From Octopus sinensis (taxonomy: Eukaryota): 28,313 nucleotides of DNA. A program made the position numbers and the translations under genes. Positions 21,973 to 28,313 of this stretch are shown here, one piece after another. The DNA lies in assembly GCF_006345805.1 (NCBI RefSeq), contig NW_021833539.1, positions 1 through 28,313 on the forward strand, written 5' to 3'. Below the pieces are notes generated by a model that was not told the origin of the DNA, did not search any database, and saw only the letters and a list, made by a program, of their open reading frames with translations. Positions within the stretch are counted from its first letter, which is position 1. Every line of letters starts with the position of its first letter.

Positions 21973-22248
21973 CGTGTGTGTGTGTTTGTGTTTGTGCGTG
22001 CGAGCCTGTGTGTTTGTGCATACGTGTGTGTGTGTCTTTATGTCTGCGTTTGTCCCCCACCACTGTTTGACAGCCGGTGCTGGCGTGCTTACATTCCCGT
22101 AAACTAGCGGTTCGGCAAAATACACCGATAGAATAAGTATCATGCTTTAATGTAAAACAAGTACTGGGGCCGATTCATTCGACTAAAAATTCTTCAAGGC
22201 AGTGCCCCAGCTTGGCCGCAGTCTAATGACTGAAACAAGTAAAAGAAG
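21793..22248 (+). mobile_element. SINE family B-related element (middle part 21793-21900, internal TA/TG microsatellite, 3' part 22040-22248)
   Basis: ttcaaaggccggaccatgtcgca is similar to ttcaaagggacagccttatcaca at about 15182. The segment ctagcggttcggcaaaa..accgatagaataagta...aatgactgaaacaagtaaaaga matches 15283-15412. Confidence 0.75.
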
Positions 22249-22282
22249 ATATGCATGTACGTATGTATGTATGTCTTTACTG

Positions 22283-22313
<31 letters not shown>

Positions 22314-22745
22314 CCTCTCTCTCTCTCATCCTCCTTCCCTCCTATCTGCTGCCCACACGTGACCCTTGACTGATTTTCTATCCTCAGCCTTTTCGCCGCC
22401 GGACGCCTAGCGTGCTGGTCAACTTTTTTCTCCTCTCTTACTAATTCTTTCTTTATATCCACTTGAGGATTTCTTCCATTAACCATCGCTCTTGTGTTTG
22501 GCCGAAAGGTTTTATTCATTGTCTTCGTCAATCGCTTCAAATTACCCTGGTTTACCTTCATATGTCCACCCTGTATTGTCTTGTTTGCTCCAGCCCAAAT
22601 TCTACGCAAATCTTGCGGGCGCCGCCGATATGCGAAGTTCCCAGTCTTATCGTTAAAGGCTCGAAACTATTTATTAGTATTTTTGTTTGATAACTGAGGA
22701 AAGATTAGGGTCCTTCTGTATCTGTCCTACGTGTACGTTTTGTAG

Positions 22746-22806
22746 TATTAATGCGTTTTTCATCAATGGAATAACTGAAAGCCACGCATCCCGACTTTTG
22801 TTAACA
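22746..22806 (+). CDS. Possible 61-nt exon
   Basis: Acceptor gtgtacgttttgtag|T and consensus donor ACA|GTAAGT. One open frame, INAFFINGITESHASRLLLT. Confidence 0.25.
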
Positions 22807-23214
22807 GTAAGTTATGTACGCATGTATGTACGTATGTATATACGTACGTATATATGTATACATATATACGTACGTATATATGCGCGTATGTATATATGTT
22901 TACATATATACGTACGTATATACATCGAAGGGTGTTGTAGATTGGTGAAGCATTGAGAAGTATACTGAGAGAGCCATTTCCCGAAGACGAGATCGATAGC
23001 GATCGAACATTAAATGTAATATATATATCAATAACATATATCTAATGTATATCAAATAGATATCAATTATATATGAAATCTAATACAGATCGATAACAAT
23101 AAAGATATTGGAGATAAGCATTTTTAAAGTATCATTTCAATACTTTTGTCATCGTTAGCTTCGGCGTAATTAATGTTCTATCTGCGTTGTTATCACCCTC
23201 TATAACACACTGAT

Positions 23215-23259
<45 letters not shown>

Positions 23260-23324
23260 ACACATACAAGCACGCATATATATACACACGCGCACACACA
23301 TATGTTTATACAAACATACATACA

Positions 23325-23675
23325 AGGACAGTAATGTGGTCAGCGAAATATCAGAGAAAGAGGCCATCTGTGGCCCATTGATAAGGAGTTTTCAAATCCA
23401 GTCCCCAAGGTACAATTTCAGCTTGATATCTATTATTATCATTGGAGCAACAGAGTACATACCGACCAGTCTGGAGCTAAGCATGGTTGAACTTGGGATC
23501 TTGGGGGAGAGAACGCAAATCTTTAATTCATGCTCTACAAATGACAATGATATCTGGGACTGTAAAAACCTGCAAGGCCTTCTTAGGGTTTAAAGGGTGG
23601 AGAGCGAAACAAGATGCTTTCCTTCACAACTTTGCTACAAAGGAGGTGGCCAGTCAATATTTATTCTGAATTAAA
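23325..23675 (+). mobile_element. 5'-truncated R4/Dong-like (RLE-clade) non-LTR retrotransposon, C-terminal coding end plus 3' UTR
   Basis: DSNVVSEISEKEAICGPLIRSFQIQSPRYNFSLISIIIIGATEYIPTSLELSMVELG, then a frameshift near 23500 to ERKSLIHALQMTMISGTVKTCKAFLGF. This follows the RLE C-terminal pattern (..EK..KY..L...PIIIGALG.VP..L...LG...LQ....GT.KI...FL) as I recall it. Confidence 0.7.
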
Positions 23676-23679
23676 AAGA

Positions 23680-23889
23680 ACATACACATACACACATACA
23701 TACATACATACATACATACACACATATATACATACATACATACATATACACATACATACATACATACATACATACATACATACATACATACATACATACA
23801 TACATAGACACATATATACATACATACATATATAGACACATACATACATACATACATACATACATACATACATACATACATACATACAC

Positions 23890-23922
<33 letters not shown>

Positions 23923-24048
23923 GACACATACATACATACATACATACATACATACATACACACATACACACATACATACATACATACATACACACATACA
24001 CACATACATACATACATATATAGACACATACATACATACATACATACA

Positions 24049-24082
<34 letters not shown>

Positions 24083-24116
24083 GACACATGCATACATACA
24101 TACATACATACATACA

Positions 24117-24150
<34 letters not shown>

Positions 24151-24524
24151 GACACATGCATACATACATACATACATACATGCATACGTACGTACATACA
24201 TACATACATACATACATACACACATACACACATACATACATACATACATACATACACACATACATACATACATACATACATATATAGACACATACATACA
24301 TACATACATACATACATACATACATACATACATAGACACATGCATACATACATACATACATACATACATACATACATACATGCATACGTACGTACATACA
24401 TACATACATACATACATACATGCATACGTACGTACATACATACATACATACATACATACATACATACATGCGTACGTACATACATACATACATACATACA
24501 TACACACATACATACATACATACA

Positions 24525-24558
<34 letters not shown>

Positions 24559-24631
24559 GACACATACATACATACATACATACATACATACATACATACA
24601 TACAAACAAACATACATACATACATACACAC
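23680..24631 (+). repeat. About 950-bp (TACA)n array with recurring variant units
   Basis: Seen directly. Source of the 316-328 aa MYVC-repeat ORFs. Confidence 0.98.
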
Positions 24632-24650
24632 GTACAGCAATACCCGGCTT

Positions 24651-24799
24651 TTTACGTTGTGTTCAAATTTTTCCGAGGTCGACTTTGCCTGTCATGCTTT
24701 CGGAGTCGATAAAATAAAGTACCAGTCGAACACTGGGGTCGATATGATCGACTTACCCCCTCCCCTCAAAAATTGCTGGCCTTGTAAAACAATTCGAAA
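24651..24799 (+). mobile_element. SINE family A, 5'-truncated
   Basis: gttcaaat..ccgaggtcgactttgcc..tcat.ctttcgg.gtcgataaaataaagtaccagt..acactggggtcgat aligns to 2200-2300. Confidence 0.88.
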
Positions 24800-24809
24800 C
24801 TATTATTTT

Positions 24810-24883
<74 letters not shown>

Positions 24884-25013
24884 GCTGTTGTAGAATATTG
24901 CGCTGCCATAAAGCCGAGTTTTGTGATGTGGCATTATTCTAGTTTCAAAGAACTCTAAAATGTGTGTGTGCGCGCGCGCGCGTGTGTGTATAAAAAGATA
25001 CATACAAATATAC

Positions 25014-25122
25014 GCTATTGTTGATGTTGAAATTCCAATGAAGGAGCCTTGGATCTTGGTTAGAAACCGGGGTTTTTTTCTTCTCTATTGGCAAGAAATC
25101 TTGAAATAAAACTGAATAATAT
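25014..25122 (+). mobile_element. Short retroposon 3'-end fragment followed by (CATA)n
   Basis: A unique 109-bp segment with AATAAA at 25105, preceded by ATACATACA and followed by (CATA)n at 25123-25426. It resembles a common octopus repeat from memory. Confidence 0.5.
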
Positions 25123-25184
25123 CATACATACATTCATACATACATACATACATACATACATACATACATACATACATACATACA

Positions 25185-25215
<31 letters not shown>

Positions 25216-25217
25216 CA

Positions 25218-25248
<31 letters not shown>

Positions 25249-25426
25249 CATACATACATACGTACGTACATACATACATACATACACACATACACACATA
25301 CATACATACATACATACATACATACTTACGTACGTACATACATACATACATACACACACACATACATACATACATACATACATACATTCATACATACATA
25401 GATACATACATACATACATACATACA
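25123..25426 (+). repeat. (CATA)n array
   Basis: Seen directly. Confidence 0.97.
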
Positions 25427-25717
25427 GAGACCGTTTATAAATATACTTTCATTAACTTATATGAATAAAAAGGAAATTTAATATTTTTTTCTTAAATTAT
25501 TCTATATGACAAATGAAAACAGAAATACAAATAAATAAATACATTATTTGTGTATATAATATACAATCGCTCGTCAGAAGATTCAGTGTATATTTTTATA
25601 CCAATTCCGTCAGACGGACGTTTCCGTTTCATCGTAACTGATTCATCAGTGCGCCTCTTACAGTCACAGAGCAATTACGTTTTAGGGGTGTGGTTTAGAA
25701 AGACAGGATGAATTGGG

Positions 25718-25938
25718 TTCTAATTTAGGAACCAAGGCCTGAAATGCTTTTGTGGGCGAGCGGGTTAATCGATACTATCGATCTCAGTATATGGGTGTTG
25801 ACAGTTGCTTTATTTTATCGACCTCGAAAGGTTGGAGGATAAAGTTGTTTGCGGTGTGATTTGAACTGAAAACGTCAAGATTTGGAAGAAATGCCGCAAG
25901 TGTTTTTTTTTTATCCGACGCTCAAACGATTCAGCCAT
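25718..25938 (-). mobile_element. SINE family A, degenerate
   Basis: Reverse complement tggctgaatcgtt...cagttcaaatc...acttt..cct.caacctttcgaggtcgataaaataaag...gatcgat...aggccttg aligns to the family A copies. Confidence 0.72.
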
Positions 25939-26121
25939 CTTTGGAGCCCCACGATCTGCTTTTTTTCTTCTATCTTATATATTTTTAGATTATATACGCG
26001 TGTGCGATTGTATGTGTATATATGTACACACACACACTTATGATGTCCCTAAAGTAAAACATTATTGTGACAAATCAAAGCACCCAAAAAATACTGAAAT
26101 ACCCTTGTGGTCCTCGGTTAG

Positions 26122-26190
26122 GGATCTCAAAGATGGGGTACACAGCTGGGTATTTTAACCCGTTTAGCGACACTCTAACACTCCACCCTG
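26122..26190 (+). CDS. Possible 69-nt phase 1-1 exon ISKMGYTAGYFNPFSDTLTLHP
   Basis: Acceptor gtcctcggttag|G and consensus donor CTG|GTGAGT. A strong acceptor follows 161 nt later (ttctatttgcag, ending at 26351). Confidence 0.25.
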
Positions 26191-26357
26191 GTGAGTGTTA
26201 TGTACGGTTTAAAATGTCGTCTGGTTATGAATGACGCTACAGGGGATCGGTGGAGGCTGTTTATCAGATGTTTGGATACCGGATTAGATTCTTTACGGTT
26301 TGGGAGTTAGAAACCGCCATTTTTACGTTCGATGCAAATTTCTATTTGCAGAGAGGA

Positions 26358-26393
26358 ACGTGGTTTCGTCACGTGGTTTCGTCACGTGGTTTC
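26358..26393 (+). repeat. 13-bp tandem repeat (ACGTGGTTTCGTC) x2.8, creating two CACGTG boxes
   Basis: Units 26358-26370, 26371-26383 and 26384-26393 (partial). Confidence 0.9.
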
Positions 26394-26579
26394 TGACCAT
26401 CGTCTAAAAATGAGAATGCCATGCCGCCGGAAGAGAATTGGAAGAACATTCATTTATTTTTTTATTAAAAAAATTTTTTTTTTAATTAATTTAGTTTACT
26501 TTTTTTATTTTTCAAATTACTCAATTTTGAGAAATGACAGTAACTTAATGCTTTTTGTTTAAAAGTTTCCTCACCAAAA

Positions 26580-26623
26580 TTATCATCATCGTCATCGTCA
26601 TCATCATCGTCATCATCACTACC

Positions 26624-26674
<51 letters not shown>

Positions 26675-26735
26675 GTCGTCGTCATCATAATCATCATCAT
26701 CATCGTCATCATCATCATCATCATCATCATCATCA
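26580..26735 (+). repeat. (CAT)n/(CAC)n/(CGT)n mosaic
   Basis: Seen directly. Confidence 0.95.
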
Positions 26736-26953
26736 CCTCACCGTCCCTATTATCAGTAGAAGTCGATTTCCGATATAAAATGTTATGTCTCCCGGCAGCC
26801 ATCTTGCTGTCAGCTTATCTCTGCCAGAACTTGTTTACGGCAATACCGAGATAACGGACTTGTCTGCTGATCACTTCGCTTGGCGTCTCGCATAATAACG
26901 CCTTCCACCACGACCAACAACAACAACAACAACACAACGGACGAAATTTCTAC

Positions 26954-27286
26954 GTGGCCACTGGACGAGCAAAAAATAGCAGCCAAATTTTCCTCAAATC
27001 GCACCCAACAATTACCTCTTTCATTGGCTGAATGCAGTTGTAGATATAAAGCATCTTTGAATGTTTGTCTGCTTGATCAGGACTGACCTAGGGCTAAACA
27101 CCAACGACGTCGACAATTCCACAAGTAAGGGAACCTCAAAGTGGTCGCTCACTCTGTTAGATATAGCAGCCAAGAACCCTTTAGTTTGAGACCACTGCGT
27201 TTGAATGTGACTGGATGGTCAGGTTTGAGCGCCTTTGATCCCAGGTCTGCTCGATCAGGAATGGCCTAGGGCTACACAACAACAAC
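26954..27286 (+). mobile_element. Two tandem diverged 3' ends of one retroposon family (26954-27105 and 27141-27286) with AAC-type tails
   Basis: Both contain atagcagccaa (26976, 27163) and end in gtctgctYgatcagga.tg.cctagggcta.aca.caac (27067-27105, 27245-27283). Confidence 0.65.
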
Positions 27287-27527
27287 AGCAGTAACAATAC
27301 TAAGGCAACGACTACCACAAACAACAACAGGAACACCAACACCATCACCAGCGCAAATAGCCGCAACCACCACCACCACCATCACCACTACCACCAGTAA
27401 TGACACTGCAGCCACCGCCCACTTCAACACCACCACCAACACAAATAACCACCACCATCACCCCCAATACTGTGAATATTACCACCACCACTACAACAAC
27501 AACAACACTCTCCGCCGACACAAATAT

Positions 27528-27690
27528 CTTTCAAATTTTGGCACAAAGCCAGCAATTTTGAGGGGTGGGGGCAGTCGAGTACATCGACTCCAGTATTTAG
27601 TTGGTACTTATTCTATCGATTCCGAAAGAATCAAAGGCAAAGTTGAACTCGGCGGAATTTGATCTCAGAAAATATAGAACCGGAAGGAAT
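27528..27690 (-). mobile_element. SINE family A, 5' head missing
   Basis: Reverse complement gatcaaattccgccgagttcaactttgccttt..ttctttcggaatcgatagaataagtacca...ccctcaaaattgctggc aligns to 24660-24799. Confidence 0.85.
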
Positions 27691-27693
27691 GTT

Positions 27694-28125
27694 GGATCTT
27701 TTCGGTTTGACCGGCAGTTTTTTTTTATAATTTCCACGTAACTAAACACTTTTAAACTTCGTATACTGGTAGAATGTGTTTATAAAACATCTTTTTCTCT
27801 TGGCTTTATTGAGAAAATTCTGTAATTTGTAAGATATTTGTTGTTTTTTTTCTTCAATTTCTGCAATTTCAACCAATCACTGACGTCTATTGAGGTAAAA
27901 AAAAAACATTCTGTGCCGTATGAATATGTCCCTCGTTTAAGAAACAGATTGGGTTTATTTACATTTCTGAAGAAAAAAAGATACCCTTCCCACCACCCCT
28001 AACCTTAACTAACCCTAACCCTAAAACAGATTGAAATGCAATAGATCGATACTAGGGTCATAATTATGGGTGACAATTTCATATGACACAGCTAGAAAAA
28101 ACTACCGTTCAAACCGAAAAGATCC
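27694..28125. mobile_element. MITE / non-autonomous DNA transposon, 432 bp, with 30-bp terminal inverted repeats
   Basis: Left ggatcttttcggtttgaccggcagtttttt (27694-27723) versus the reverse complement of the right end, ggatcttttcggtttgaacggtagtttttt (28096-28125): 28/30 identical. No coding capacity and no clean target-site duplication. Confidence 0.88.
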
Positions 28126-28313
28126 CATAGTACGGATCTCATACTTCCTTCCTTTTAAGACATTCGACTGTGTTTTCTCTTGGCGGGGGAAGGGTGGGGT
28201 ACAGTGGCTGTTATTTCTAGCTCCATCGACCGACCTGCTCTTTAGAAACGCGCTTTTTTGGATTGCTGTTGATTGTTCTTCTTATCATTCTTCGTGTTGC
28301 TTTTCTTGTCGTG

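Noticed and set aside
22941-23015. IGEALRSILREPF as a globin G-helix exon
   Set aside because: The acceptor is weak, the G-H spacing is wrong, and the H-helix AW motif is absent, so it was not counted as support for the globin idea.
23654-24717. Longest ORFs in the track (209-328 aa, MYVC or HTYI repeats)
   Set aside because: Pure translations of (TACA)n/(TGTA)n, which lacks stop codons in those frames. The same applies to the many CV, HT, YI, poly-M/V/T/H/N ORFs elsewhere.

Overview
Eukaryotic, repeat-dense and largely non-coding DNA. It is most likely cephalopod (Octopus-type), because several interspersed repeats match octopus SINEs as I remember them; this is recall, not a database result. 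Much of the window is di-, tri- and tetranucleotide microsatellite, and nearly all long ORFs in the supplied track are translations of those repeats. Best-supported content: (1) a decayed hAT transposase on the minus strand (about 11.33-12.15 kb); (2) the 3' end of an R4/Dong-like restriction-like-endonuclease (RLE) retrotransposon sitting in a (TACA)n tract (about 23.3-23.7 kb); (3) a 432-bp MITE with 30-bp terminal inverted repeats (27694-28125); (4) many copies of at least four tRNA-derived SINE families; (5) a Penelope-like terminal fragment with a minimal hammerhead-ribozyme-like fold (6596-6637); (6) several minisatellites with 11, 12, 13, 20 and 41/42-bp periods. No host gene can be assembled with confidence. 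A few short exon candidates are listed at low confidence, one with a globin A/B-helix-like pattern. There is no CRISPR array, rRNA or intact tRNA, and no firm evidence of a previously undescribed multi-gene system. The most promising leads are the ribozyme-like motifs and the apparent microsatellite targeting of retroelements.
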